Positions 46,841 to 59,315 of a stretch of DNA of 64,000 nt are shown here, one piece after another. The translations under genes and the position numbers were made by a program. This DNA comes from Heteronotia binoei (lineage: Eukaryota): positions 66,402,001 to 66,466,000 of the forward strand of contig NC_083243.1 in the NCBI RefSeq assembly GCF_032191835.1. The letters are read 5' to 3'. The notes under the pieces are model-generated. The model was not told the origin of the DNA. It saw only the letters and a program-made list of their open reading frames with translations, and ran no database searches. Position 1 is the stretch's first letter, and each line of letters begins with the position of its first letter.

Positions 46841-49800
46841 ATTCTAAATCTAGGGGGAAAGCCGACAGGAAATGAAATGTTTCTGGTTCGGGAAGACTCA
46901 TCTCAAAGAGATGAAGGGCTAGCTGAAACTTTTCTACTGGGTAATGGAACAGAGTTGTCCACTGAGACAGTGACAAACAGAATGGACTGCCTGCCAGAGT
47001 CTCGAGGCGGCAGGAGGAAGGTGGCGGGCCTAGCTTGCCTAGGAAATTGTAGATGTTTGTACACAAATGCTAGAAGTCTTTGAAGTAAAATTGGTCAGTT
47101 GGAATGTTTAGTGTTGAGAGAAAACATAGACATTGTGGGAATTTCAGAAACTTGGTGGAATGAGGAGAATCAGTGGGACACGGTGATTCCTGGATATAAG
47201 TTATACCGGAAGGATAGGGAGGAAAGGGTTAGAGGTGGGGTGGCTCTCTATGTCATACGGTCATACGGTCCAGTAAGACTGAGGTCAGAGAATTAGACTC
47301 CCTTATAGAAATGCTTTGGGTTGAAATAGAGGGCCCAAATTTAACTATGGGAGTTTATTATCGCCCACCAAATCAAAAGACAGAGGACGACTATAATATG
47401 ATGGAAGGCTTAAAGATTGTGGCTAGACAAAAAAACTGTGTCGTCATAGGTGATTTTAACTACCCGCAGATTGATTGGGTCAATATGTGTTCTGGTCGAG
47501 AGAAAGAGACTGAGTTTCTAGATACTCTCAATGACTGTGCTGTGGAGCAGATGGTCACAGAACCTACCAGGGGTGGGGCGATCCTAGATTTGGTCCTAAG
47601 TAATGCCCAAGACCTGGTGAGAGATGTAAAAGTGATCGCACCGCTTGGGAGCAGTGACCATAACATTATTGATTTCACTATTTGTATAAGTAGGGAGTTG
47701 CCCCAAAAGACCAGCACAACGACGTTTAACTTTAAAAGGGGTAAATTCTCTGAGATGCGGAGGCATGTGAAGAGGAAACTGGAAGGAAAGGTAAATACAG
47801 TCAAAACCCTTGTGGAAGCTTGGAGGCTATTTAAAACTACAGTCCTAGAAGCACAGATAAAATATATATCACAAGTTAGGAAAGGTACAAACAGGTATAA
47901 GAGAAGGCCTGCATGGTTAACAAACAAAGTAATGGAAGCTGTAAAAGGTAAGAAGAACTCCTTTAAGTGGTGGAAAGCTAGCCCAAGTGAAATTAATAAA
48001 AGGGAACACAGGCAATGGCAAATCATATACAAGACTGTGATCAGGCAGGCAAAAAGGGACTATGAGGAGCATATTGCAAAAAACATAAAGACCAACAATA
48101 AAAATTTCTTCAAATACACTAGAAGCAGGAAACCAGCCAGGGAGGCAGTGGGGCCCTTGGATGACCAAGGGGTAAAAGGATTACTGAAGGAGGATAGGGA
48201 AATGGCTGAGAAGCTAAATGAATTATTTGCCTCTGTCTTCACTGTGGAAGATGAGAAGTGTTTGCCTGCTCCGGAACCACTTCTATTGGAAGGGGTGTTG
48301 AAAGACCTGAGCCAGATTGAGGTGAACAGAGAAGAGGTCCTACAACTGGTGGACGAATTAAAAACGAATAAGCCACCAGGTCCGGATGGCATATATCCAA
48401 GAGTTCTGAAAGAACTCAAAGTTGAACTTGTGGATCTTTTGGCAAAAATATGTAATCTTTTATTGAAATCTGCCTCCGTTCCCGAGGACTGGAAGGTAGA
48501 AAATGTCCCCCCCTTTTTAAAAAGGGTTCCAGAGGAGATCCGGGTAACTACAGGCCAGGCAGTCTGACTTCAATACCAGGAAAGTTGATAGAAAGCATTA
48601 TCAAGGACAGAATGAGTAGGCACGTTGATGAACACGAATCATTGAGGAAGACTCAGCATGGGTTTTGCAAGGGAAGATCTTGCCTTACTAACCTGTTACA
48701 TTTCTTTGAGGGGGTGAACAAACATGTGGACAAAGGAGACCCGATAGATGTTGTTTACCTTGACTTCCAGAAAGCTTTTGATAAAGTTCCTCATCAAAGG
48801 CTCCTTAGTAAGCTCGAGAGTCATGGAGTAAAAGGACAGGTCCTGTAGTGGATCAAAAACTGGCTAATTAATAGGAAGCAGAGAGTGAGTATAAATGGGC
48901 AGTCTTCACAGTGAAGGACGGTAAGCAGTGGAGTGCCGCAGGGCTCAGTACTGGGTCCCATGCTCTTTAACTTGTTCATAAATGATTTGGAGTTGAGAGT
49001 AAGCAGTGAACTTTCCAAGTTTGCGGATGACACTAAATTGTTCAGGGTGGTAAGAACCAGAGAGGATTGTGAGGAACTCCAAAAGGATCTTTTGAGGCTG
49101 GATGAGTGGGCGTCAACGTGGCAGATGAGGTTCAATGTGGCCAAGTGTGAAGTAATGCACATTGGGGCCAAGAATCCCAGCTGCAGATATGAGTTGATGG
49201 GGTGTGAACTGGCAGAGACTGACAAAGAGAGAGATCTTGGGATCGTGGTAGATAACTCACTGAAAATGTCAAGGCAGTGTGCAATTGCAAGAAAAGAGGC
49301 CAACGCCATGCTGGGTATTATTAGGAAGGGAATTGAAAACAAATCAGCCAGTATCATAATGCCCCTGTATAAATTGATGGTGCGGTCTCATTTGGAATAC
49401 TGTGTACAATTCTTGTCACCGCACCTCAAAAAGGATATTATAGCATTGGGAAAAGTGCAGAAGAGGGCAACTAGAATGATTACAGGTTTGGAACACTTTC
49501 CCTATGAAAAAAGGTTAAAATGCTTGGGGCTCTTTAGCTTGGAGAAACGTCGACTGCGGGGTGACATGATAGAGGTTTACAAGATTATGCATGGGATGGA
49601 GAAGGTAGAGCAAGAAGTACTTTTCTCCCTTTCTCACAATACAAGAACTCGTGGGCATTCAATGAAATTGCTGAGCAGTCGGGTTGGAAGGGATAAAAGG
49701 AGGTACTTCTTCACCCAAAGGGTGATTAACATGTGGAATTCACTGCCACAGGAGGTGGTGGCGTCTACAAGCATAGCCAGCTTTAAGAGGGGGTTAGATA

Positions 49801-49968
49801 AAAATATGGAGCAGAGGTCCATCAGTGGCTATTAGCCACAGTGTGTGTATATGTGTGTATATGTATGTGTATACACACACACACACACATATATATATAA
49901 AAATTTTTTTGGAGTGTTGGACTGGATGGGCCATTGGCCTGATCCAACATGGCCTCTCTTATGTTCTT
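46841..49968 (+). mobile_element. CR1 LINE, 5'-truncated near the ORF2 start; near-complete endonuclease + RT with a few stops and frameshifts
   Basis: APE motifs CLYTNARSL, IVGISETWW, VIGDFNYPQIDW, LGSSDHN; RT motifs [29 protein letters not shown]; 3' UTR with a TG/TA/CA microsatellite and ATGTTCTT tail; flanking duplication AATTAACA at 46833-46840 and 49969-49976. Confidence 0.93.
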
Positions 49969-51295
49969 AATTAACATTGTTTTCAGTTGTTACAAACAGT
50001 CTTTGAATCCCATTTTATTATTTGAAATCTTCTATGGCAGTTATTTACACTTTCTCTTCCAGTTTTTCCATGAGCATTTGAACTCTCATCCTACATTTTT
50101 AAAAGATGGTTTCAGGGTAAAAGCAGATACAACCCTGAGATATTCATGAACTTGTATTGCTGCTGTTTTTACAAGGTTAATAACTGTTCCTTGGGATCCT
50201 TATTCCAACTGGGAATGCACTTTCATTGAAAGGATTTAATCCTCTCCCCTTCCCCCTTACTTTAAACCAGTTCTATGCAATCAGCTCTGGTAAGGAAAAA
50301 AGATGGATGAAGAAACAGTGGCACGAAGAGTGGCAGTCGTCTTACTTTCCAGGGCTTTGTAGGGAAGTTAGGTTTGAATAGTTAAATATGGGATTAGAAG
50401 GTTCTTTGATTCCTCTAGTATCCTGATTGAGCCCTTGCACCACAGTCTTTTAGAAATGCTGGGAATAACTGAGAATGGAGTCAGTAACATGTTTGGGGCA
50501 AATGAACAGGGGTGTCTGTCATTTCAAATATGTGGGATCTCTTCTTGGGAGGTCATACAGACCAGCTTCAATCCACTCCATCAGGACAGTTGCTGGTGGT
50601 GGGGAGCACAAGAAAATAATGTGCTAACATCTTACTTAAGTCTTGTTATTAAGAAGGAGAGCAATACCATAACTTTTGGATTTCTGTTTGGTTGTTTGTG
50701 ATAAGCTGGAATTGTTTTTTAAAAATCATGACTTATTTTGTATAGCCTGCTGTAAAGGACAGTGAATGATTAACAGCTTCCGGTCTGAGAACCTTGATTG
50801 ACAGGGGGTTCAAATGGAATTTTACAATTGAAAGTGGCAGTTAGTTCAGTTAAGAAGTTGTTAAGCAGAGTGAAAATACTGAGGAGGATCTTGCATTAGG
50901 GAAGTGGGACTAGTAGTTCTTCCCTGAGGGAAATAGCTCCTAGTGAAATGGGATGCTCCCAGTCAAGTGTTTAAGAAGGGAAATTTGAATTGGTGTGTAT
51001 GTTACTTGTGTGTGTGTTTCTGCCTTCACAAACTTAAGTCATTATAAGACAAAGAAGCTTATGCCTTTTTATTAAATCAGTGACTGCCAAGAGATCTCTT
51101 CCACAGTTTTAAAGACCTGTTTGTATAACTACACAGCTACTTTATTGTGACAAATTATTTGTAGTTTGTAATTATACAAAGTTATCATTCCTATTGCTTG
51201 TTCACCTGCCAGATTTAAACCTGATACCTACCTAACCCTTTCCCCACAGAAGTAAAATAAAGCAGTTTGTTTTTAATTTAACATTAATAACTTTT

Positions 51296-51420
51296 TATTT
51301 TTTATTTCTATCCTGCCCTCCCCGCCGGGGCAGGCTCAGGGCGGCTCACAACATAAAATACATTATACATCAATTTACTTATAAAATCACAGTTAAAACA
51401 ATTTACAAATTATTAAAATT
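51296..51420 (-). mobile_element. L2-type 3' tail
   Basis: TTTATTTCTATCCTGCCCTCCCCGCCGGGGCAGGCTCAGGGCGGCTCACAAC, nearly identical to 34250-34300. Confidence 0.7.
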
Positions 51421-52974
51421 AACAATAACAATATTAGCCTGTTGGAGAATTTTTGGTCAGTTTCTCAGGTCCCTAGGCTGGGTTAGTTTATATTTATATG
51501 CATTTAAACAACTGGGTGGGAAGACAGAAATAAAGAAGAAGAAAAAGGACTGCCCAGTTAAATAAAAAGCAAAAGGGAAGCCAGGGAATTGTTATAGCTG
51601 CTCTGCTAGGCAACTACATGCTAAAGAATTCTTGCCTAACTTTCTCCTTTATCTAGTTATCCATGTGTAAGAACATTTCTTTGTATTAGTTATTATCTAT
51701 AGTCTGAACTGATATGGTACAGATAATGGACTAAATTCTGTAGATTTATTCTGATATATGCAAGACTTGGTCATATGCATATAAGTACTTTCATGTATTC
51801 AGTTGGACACTGGAATTTGGGTTTAATTATTCTTCTAATATTTACTTATAGCTCAGGCATTTTGCATGTAATTTCTCTAACACTTGAATGCATCTACCAT
51901 CTTCTCAAGAGATTTTTTTCCCCTGTTCCAAATTTCAGTTTAGATCTGGCAGTGTGTTCTTTCGGTGGAAGGATTGCTCTTATAAATCCGCTTATGTACA
52001 AAAAGATATACATGGAAAAGTATAGTTCCAGTCTTAACTTCCACACCATATAAACATTAACAGTGTTCCACAGTGTTGCATATTGTGGCTGCTTATTTGC
52101 GACATTAACATGTTTTGACCACTGTATTCAAGTTTATTTACAATTCAGAAAACAAAAGGAAGGGGGGGCATCAGTTTCTCAGTAGAAATGGCCAGGTAGA
52201 ATGGGTACTGATTAGTTCTGTGAGCCTAGATGCAACTCTGATTAGTTCAAGTTAGTTCTGTGAGCCTAGATGCAAACAGCACTCTTTTCTTACTGCTAAA
52301 CTGAGTGTACTCATACTTTACAACAGTGTTCCTCTGTAAATTGGTGGCGACATCATAGCTAGGGAGAGTGTTAAATCAGTACTGCAAATTTACTTTTATA
52401 TATATATCTACTAAATTCTTAATTTTGCTAGCCAGTGGTTGTGCCTTGTCCTGTTCAAGTTTAGCCAAAACTAAAATGGCTAAAGTTACTCTTTGGGCAT
52501 CGTCACAACATAAATTTTGATCTTTAAAACTGAGATATTTAATTCATTTTAAACCGAGCCAATATATTTGGAAAGTCCAATTTTGTATGCCTGCTTCTAA
52601 ATGCAAGAGCATCACCTCTTTTCTTTACTTGCCAATTCATTGTTTAATTTTATTTACATTACTTATAGTCTGCTTTACTAACGGGGACTAAAAGGCAATT
52701 TTACAGAGTGAGACCATACAGTCAATACAAGCTAAAACCTGACTGCAAAGAGTCCAGGGCAGTTGAGGTATTAAAGAATACCTATTTTGGTCTGCTACTA
52801 GTCTTTCAATCACTTTGCCTAGGGAGGGCTACATCATTTTTTTGTAAGGATTTGATAGCCGCCTCTTTGAGTGGTTGAGGGAGTGGTTGAGGTGATTGCT
52901 TTATAACAGATACCAAGGATTAGTTGTCGTGGTCTTTACATGATTTTAGAAGCCAGGATGAGCAAGAATCCAAG

Positions 52975-53196
52975 ACACAAGTAGTTTGTTTGTTTTTTAG
53001 TCAAAAGCCTTTGTTGGCATATATCAGATTATAAACAAACAAATAAACAGCTACAGAAATAATAAAACAGTCATATGCAGCTATACATTGGACAATTGAT
53101 CCTTGATTACCAGACTCAAAAATAAAGCAACCCTTTCAGTTATTTCAGATGACAAATCATTCAGAAGACGGCAAACCTTAATGTCTGAGCAGCCTG
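52975..53196 (-). mobile_element. 3' end of a different LINE (clade unresolved)
   Basis: Minus strand encodes ...[25 protein letters not shown] then a stop, followed by TATGCCAACAAAGGCTTTTGA and short-unit A-rich repeats. Confidence 0.45.
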
Positions 53197-54822
53197 TCAC
53201 CACCCTGAACAATTTAGTGTCATCTGCAAACTTGGCGAGTTCACTGCTTACTCCCAACTTCAGATCATTAATGAACAAGTTAAAGAAAATGGGACCCAGT
53301 ACTGAGCCCTGCGGCACCCCACTGCTTACTGTCCTCCACTGTGAAGACTGCCCTTTTATACTCACTCTTTGCTTTCTATTAATTAGCCAGTTTTTGATCC
53401 ACAAGAGGACCTGTCCTTTTATTCCATGACTCTTGAGCTTACTAAGGAGCCTTTGATGAGGAACTTTATCAAAAGCTTTCCGGAAGTCAAGGTAAACAAC
53501 ATCTATTGGGTCCCCTTTGTCCACATGTTCGTTCACCCCCTCAAAGAACTGTAACAGGTTAGTGTGTCAAGATCTTCACTTACAGAACCCATGCTGAGTC
53601 TTCCTCAATAACTTGTGTTCATCAGTGTGCCTACTCATTCTGTACTTGATAATGTTTTCTACCAACTTTCCCGGTATTGAAGTCAGATTGACTGGCCTGT
53701 AATTTCCTGGATCTCCTCTGGAACCCTTTTTAAAGATGGGGGTGACATTTGCTACCTTTCAGTCCTCAGGAACGGAGGCAGATTTCAATGAAAGATTACA
53801 TATTTTTGTCAGGAGATCCACAAGTTCAACTTTGAGTTCTTTCAGAACTCTCGGATGTATGCCATCCGGACCTGGTGATTTATTAGTTTTTAATTCGTCA
53901 ATCAGTTGTAGGACCTCCTCTCTTGTCACCTCAATTTGACTCAGGTCTTTCAATACCCCGTCCAAAATTAGTGGTTCTGGAGCGGGCAAACACTTCTCAT
54001 CTTTCACAGTGAAGATGGAGGCAAAAAATGCATTCAGCTTCTCAGCCATTTCACTATCCTCCTTCAGTAATCCTTTTACCCCTTGGTCATCCAAGGGCCC
54101 CACTGCCTCCCTGGCTGGTTTCCTGCTTCTAATATATTTGAAGAAATTTTTGGTCTTTATGTTTTTTGCAATATGCTCCTTATAGTCCTGCCTGATCACA
54201 ATCTTGCATTTGATTTGCCACAGCCTGTGTTTCCTATTATTAATCTCACTTGGACTAGCTTTCCACTGCTTAAAGGAGTCCTTCTTACCTTTTACAGCTT
54301 CCATTACTTTGTTAACCATGCAGGCCTTTTCTTATACCTGTTTGTGCCTTTCCTAACTTGTGGTATATATTTTATCTGAGCTTCTGGGATTGTAGTTTTA
54401 AATAGCCTCCAAGCTTCCCCAAGGGTTTTGACTGTATTTACCTTTCCTTTCAGTTTCCTCTTCCCATGCCTCCTCATCTCAGAGAATGTACCCCTTTTAA
54501 AGTTAAACGTTGTTGTGCTGGTCTTTTGGGGCAACTCCCTATTTATACAAATGGTGAAATCAATAATGTTATGGTCACTGCTCCCAAGCGGTGCGATCAC
54601 TTTTACATCTCTCACCAAGTCTTGGGCATTACTTAGGACCAAATCCAGGATCGCCCCACCCCTGGTAGGTTCTGTGACCATCTGCTTCATAGCACAGTCA
54701 TTGAGAGCATCTAGAAACTCAATCTCTTTCTCTTGACCTGAGCACATATTGACTCAATCAATCTGCGGGTAGTTAAAATCACCTATCACGACACAGTTTT
54801 GCGGGTAGTTAAAATCACCTAT
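53197..54822 (-). mobile_element. CR1 LINE internal fragment, same subfamily as 46841-49968
   Basis: Minus-strand ORFs 54304-54747, 53759-54319 and 53081-53536 closely match 47432-49052; truncated at both ends. Confidence 0.92.
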
Positions 54823-55035
54823 TAAGGAGCTGGGAATTCCACATTTTCTTTGCCACTTTGCTTCTGCTTTAGCCTCTGCAAAGAGAAGGCAGAAGGAGCT
54901 GTGAATGTTGTTGGCAGCATTGGAGCTTTGCAGGCTGAGGACAGGAGGGGGAAGGGGGAGAAGAGAGCCCCACGGGCCTGATTGAAGCCCTTTTGGGGCC
55001 GGTTTGGCCCACGGGCCGCACAGTTGACATCCCTG
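54823..55035. mobile_element. hAT-type MITE fragment, one arm
   Basis: Ends GGCCCACGGGCCGCACAGTTGACATCCCTG; the other arm is lost at the CR1 junction. Confidence 0.55.
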
Positions 55036-55533
55036 GATTGCAACAGGTGCAATAGTAGCAAAGAAGTAACATTTCTTAGCCACCAGTACTGTCACTTCAT
55101 AGGTCTTACATTAAGCTCTATAAAATGATCTGTCAGAAACAGTACAAGTTCTCTGCCCCTTTCAAAACATTCACCTTAGTGGTAAACCAGGGGGCTGGGT
55201 TTTGTCCCAGGGGTGGGCTAAGTCATTGATAGCTTCAAGGAGTATGATAAGGTAATGCCTGTCTGCACGTGACCTTGTGTCACTTTCTACATAATGCATT
55301 TATCATCCTTGTTTCTCCCAACTGTACACAACCAAACACCAAAGGAAAATATACAGAAAGCAGGAATTGGATCATGACTAGGTCGCCACTGATCGGTATT
55401 CTTTGCTTCTCCTGCAGTGTAGGACTATACCATGCTTCTACATGGTATGGCAGTTAAGGTGGGATTCTCTGTTACAATTTCCATTTCTTTTGTTGTTGAG
55501 TAGATTTTGTAAGATCTCTACAATACTCCAGAT

Positions 55534-56159
55534 CAGGGGTGGGGAATCTCCGTCCCGAGGGCCGTATGCAGACCTTGAGGTCACTTGGTGTGGCCCTCGG
55601 GGATAACTGGGCTGAACCAAGCCATGTGGCAGCTTCTCTGGGGCCTGGCTGGCCAGCGAGGATCGTGGGGCCCAGTCACACAGCCTTCCCAGGGCCAGGC
55701 TGGGATCACAGGCCCCAGATGTACTGTATGGCAGCCTCCCTGGGGCCTGGCTGGTAGGCCAGAATTGCTGCAGGGCCTGGAAAAGTTACTATCACAGTTC
55801 AGTTTGCACTTGATTATCCCAGATGGTGTGGCCTAAAATGCTAATGAGTGTGTGACCTAATATGCTAATATCAGCGGGTGTGGTGTGATATGCTACTGAA
55901 TTCCTGCTGGGCTTTTTGTACAAAAAAGACCTGGACCTAGGCATTTGCCTAGCATGGTGGGCTGTGTGTTTGTGTGTGCCAGATTAAGCTCTCACCACAT
56001 GATTTCAAATAGAAAAACAATTATTTGCATTAATTTTGCTGGCCTGAATCACTCTCCCTTGGCGGAGCACTGTTTTTACGCTGATTATTTTTTATGGCCT
56101 GCGAATGATGTTATAAATATCCATATGGCCCTTGGCAGAAAAAAGGTTCCCCACGCCTG
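55534..56159. mobile_element. hAT-type non-autonomous element (626 bp) with an apparent nested MITE piece
   Basis: Termini CAGGGGTGGGGAATCT / AGGTTCCCCACGCCTG; TSD CTCCAGAT / CTCTAGAT; internal ~55820-55935 resembles the arm of the 8708 family. Confidence 0.8.
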
Positions 56160-56377
56160 CTCTAGATGTTTCAATCTTCTCTAGTTAGATTTGCATATAG
56201 GACTTAAGTGATCTATGTAATACTGAACCTTAGTTTTGCTTATCTTGAACTTGCTTAATGTTACAACTGTAAATAGAAACTTAGCAGGTTTGTTCTAATT
56301 AAGACACAACCTTACTTGGCATAAATGATCAATTAATACATTTGTCCAACTAATATTTTTTCAATGACACTCTAAAA

Positions 56378-56556
56378 CAGGGGTCCTCAACCACTGGTAC
56401 CGGTCCGCTGCCTGCTACAACCGGGCTGCGGAGGAAGGCAGAGATGCTGCACCGCTCCCACCCACCCAGGCAGATTAAAGAGGCAGTGCAGCATCCGGCG
56501 GGGGTCTTTAAATGGGAGGGGGAAGCAGATTGGCCTGCTGTCACTTGGCCACCTAG
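56378..56556. mobile_element. hAT (Charlie-like) MITE, left part
   Basis: CAGGGGTCCTCAACC start; interior GGGGTCTTTAAATGG...GCAGATTGG...TGGCCACCTAG shared with 58305-58736. Confidence 0.65.
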
Positions 56557-57005
56557 CTCTCTCTCTCTCTCTCTCTCTCGGCTTGGCTTCGCGAACGAAG
56601 ATTTAAGAAGGGTGCAATAGTCCACGTTTGCTGCAGGCTCGCTGGTGGCTGACAAGACCAATGTGGGACAGGCAGGTCCGGCCACAGCGGCTGCAGGGAA
56701 AAGTCTGATTTAGGGTTGGTCCTGTAGCAGTGCGATTCTTCCTCAATCTCCTTTTGTCCTCAAGACCAGCTATGCGTGTGTTCTCAAAGGAAGAGACAGC
56801 CTGGTGGATGGTGTGCCTCCATGCTTTGCGATCTGAGGCTAGGTCAGACCACTGGTGATGGTTGATGTGACAGGTGCTAAGGGATTTCTTCAAGGAGTCC
56901 TTGTACCTCTTCTTTGGTGCCCCTCTATTTCGATGGCCGGTGGAGAGTTCGCCATACAGGGCAATCTTGGGAAGGCGGTGGTTTTCCATCCTAGAAATAT
57001 GGGAG
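56557..57005 (-). mobile_element. RTE-clade LINE 3' end
   Basis: Minus strand ISRMENHRLPKIALYGELSTGHRNRGAPKKRYKDSLK...W...ASDRKAWR...FPCSRCGRTCLSHIGLVSHQRAC; short UTR ending in (GA)n. Confidence 0.85.
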
Positions 57006-58140
57006 GTGGCAGAAAGGAGGAACTGTGGTTGTGCTGGTGAGACACTTGCAATATCCCTAAAGGAGGTACAAGGAGCACATATGGAATCCACATTTTGATC
57101 CAGTTAATTCTAGTCAGTTGTGGCTTCATATACTGAACAATGTTTTCATCTTTTCCTCCCCTATGAAACCTTTGCTTTAAGTGATAAAGAAGCATAACAA
57201 GATCTTAAAGGGTTTTTTTTTTTACCCTCAATTTGGAATCCTTAAAATAGTTTAAAGATTACAAGTTGAATGCATCTTATTATTTCTGGGTCTACCTCTG
57301 TTAAATTATAGCAGCTAGAATTTCATATTTTAATAGGGTCTATGAAATAATTTGTGTAGGCTTGATGTAGAACATGCCTCCTATATATTTGTGGGTTTAA
57401 CAAAAAAAAAAGTTATTCTCTTGCATTATATAAAATGTTTGAAGGGGAAAAGTGTGCAGTATAAAGATAATGTAATTCTTTCATGTTTTTGTGTGCTTTG
57501 TTTTATGAAATAACCATGAAAATCACTTGTAGATTATAAAAAATGGATTTCCAGACTATGGCAAGCCTAAAATAATATACACATTAGGACAAGGTTTTAG
57601 CTAGTGAAGTGTTCTACTTCTACAGTGTGTGACCTCTCTATAAGGTAATGTGTTTTCTTGTCATCAAACTTCTCTGGGATCAAGTAATGAAGGTACAGTC
57701 TGTTTTGTACAAACATTTTAAATAACAATGACATCATGATTTCATCTCGTCGGCGGTATAGGTTAAATCAAAACCAGAATTCTTACTTATGCTTCCTCTC
57801 ATGTGGTAGAAGGGATATTGTGATCATCTGTGTGACATGGAACCAATAACTAATGAAGTAGAGATGCATATTTTCTAGAAACAAGCCATGGAAGAGGATT
57901 TTTTTTTTAAATGGTGGAAAATTGAAATTAATGCAGGACAGTATTTACACCAGGTTTAAACTGATTTTGCTAACTGAATAGCATAAAATGTTTCTATCTT
58001 ATTAAATTGTGCTATTTAGTATATTTATGCAATTCAAAGTATGAATTCCTTGGTTTTCTGCATGAAAAAAAAATTGCAAGTATACCCAGTACTAAAGAGA
58101 GAAATGCCCAGTACTAAAGAGAGAGACACTGCTACACATT

Positions 58141-58205
58141 ATCATAGAATAATAGAATGATAGAAGGGACCTCTGTGTTTGTCTAGTCCAACCCCCTTCC
58201 CCTGT
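58141..58205 (-). mobile_element. CR1 3' terminal fragment
   Basis: Reverse complement GGGTTGGACTAGAC...TTCTATCATTCTATTATTCTATGAT. Confidence 0.65.
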
Positions 58206-58304
58206 ACAATGGAGGAAACTCACAAATATCCCCGCATACCCCTCTTGACACCTGCTCAGTGGCCAGAAAACATCTTACTTTTTGCCATTTGATATTAAGA
58301 TGAG

Positions 58305-58736
58305 CAGGTGTCCCCAACCACTGGTCCATGGACCGGTCCCAGTCTGTGACCTGCTAGCAATCGGGCTGCAGAGCGAGGCCACACCACCTCTTTCATCCAC
58401 CCGGGTCCTGAGCTGGCAGAAGGGGCAGCACTGCTGTGACCTTAGCCAACCCCTCATTTATAGGCCCCTGCTGATCAGCTGATTGGTGGGGGTCTTTAAA
58501 TGGTAGGGGAAGGCAGATTGGTCTTCTGCCACCTGGCCACCTAGTGGGGAGGCAGCAGAAACAGCCCCAGTATCCCCCCCCCATTTAAAGACCCTCATGG
58601 GGGACAGGAATGGGGTGCGCATGGGAGGGCATCTGTAGTGGCAAAAATCCCAATGCCGTTCCCCAACACCACCGGTCCATGGAAAAACTGTCTTCCACAA
58701 AACCGGTCCCTGGTGGCAAAAGGGTTGGGGTCACTG
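58305..58736. mobile_element. hAT (Charlie-like) non-autonomous element
   Basis: Termini CAGGTGTCCCCAACC / GGTTGGGGTCACTG; TSD AAGATGAG / AAGATGAT. Confidence 0.8.
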
Positions 58737-58882
58737 AAGATGATGATTAAGATGGCAATGGAAAACACAACCTTTTTTTAGTAATACACAAATGGACTCA
58801 TTCTGTAATAATAGCCCCAGGCTCTTCTGCCTTTCCTTATACGAATATTGTTAAACTTTATAATACTGAACTTTTCAGTAGT

Positions 58883-59315
58883 TATGGTTGCCAACTTCCA
58901 GGTGGGGGCTGTAAATCTCTACTATTACAGTTGCTCTCAAGGCAATAGATATCAGGTCCCCTGGAGAAAATGGCTGGTTTGAGGTTAGACTCTATGGCAG
59001 GGGTGGCCAAACTTGCTTAATGTAAGACTCACATGGAATAAATGTCAGATGTTTGAGAGCCACAAGACATGAATATCAGATGCTTGAAAGCAGAAGCATA
59101 AGGAAGGAGGCAAGATGGAGGGAGAAGTGGAAAGAAAGCTATTTTAAATTTAAATGCATGCTCCAAGCTGCTGGTTCTGGTCCTACCTTCCGGGGTCACA
59201 TATACTACTGCTAAGACAAGTCTCCCCCATCCTATAACCATGCATTGCCCCACCCAAGCTCCACCCCCCCCCCCCCTCATCTTAGGTATTTCCATATCCA
59301 GAACTGGCAACCCTG
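58883..59315. mobile_element. MITE with TAGGGTTGCCA-type termini containing a nested fragment of the 5292 MITE family
   Basis: TATGGTTGCCA / TGGCAACCCTG; perfect 8 bp TSD TCAGTAGT; nested CAGGGGTGGCCAAACTTGCTT at 58998. Confidence 0.8.

Noticed and set aside
47099-49835. 418 aa and 300 aa ORFs as host genes or an active LINE
   Set aside because: CR1 ORF2 pieces broken by stops (~47081, 48846, ~48911) and frameshifts (~47260, ~48510); not retrotransposition-competent
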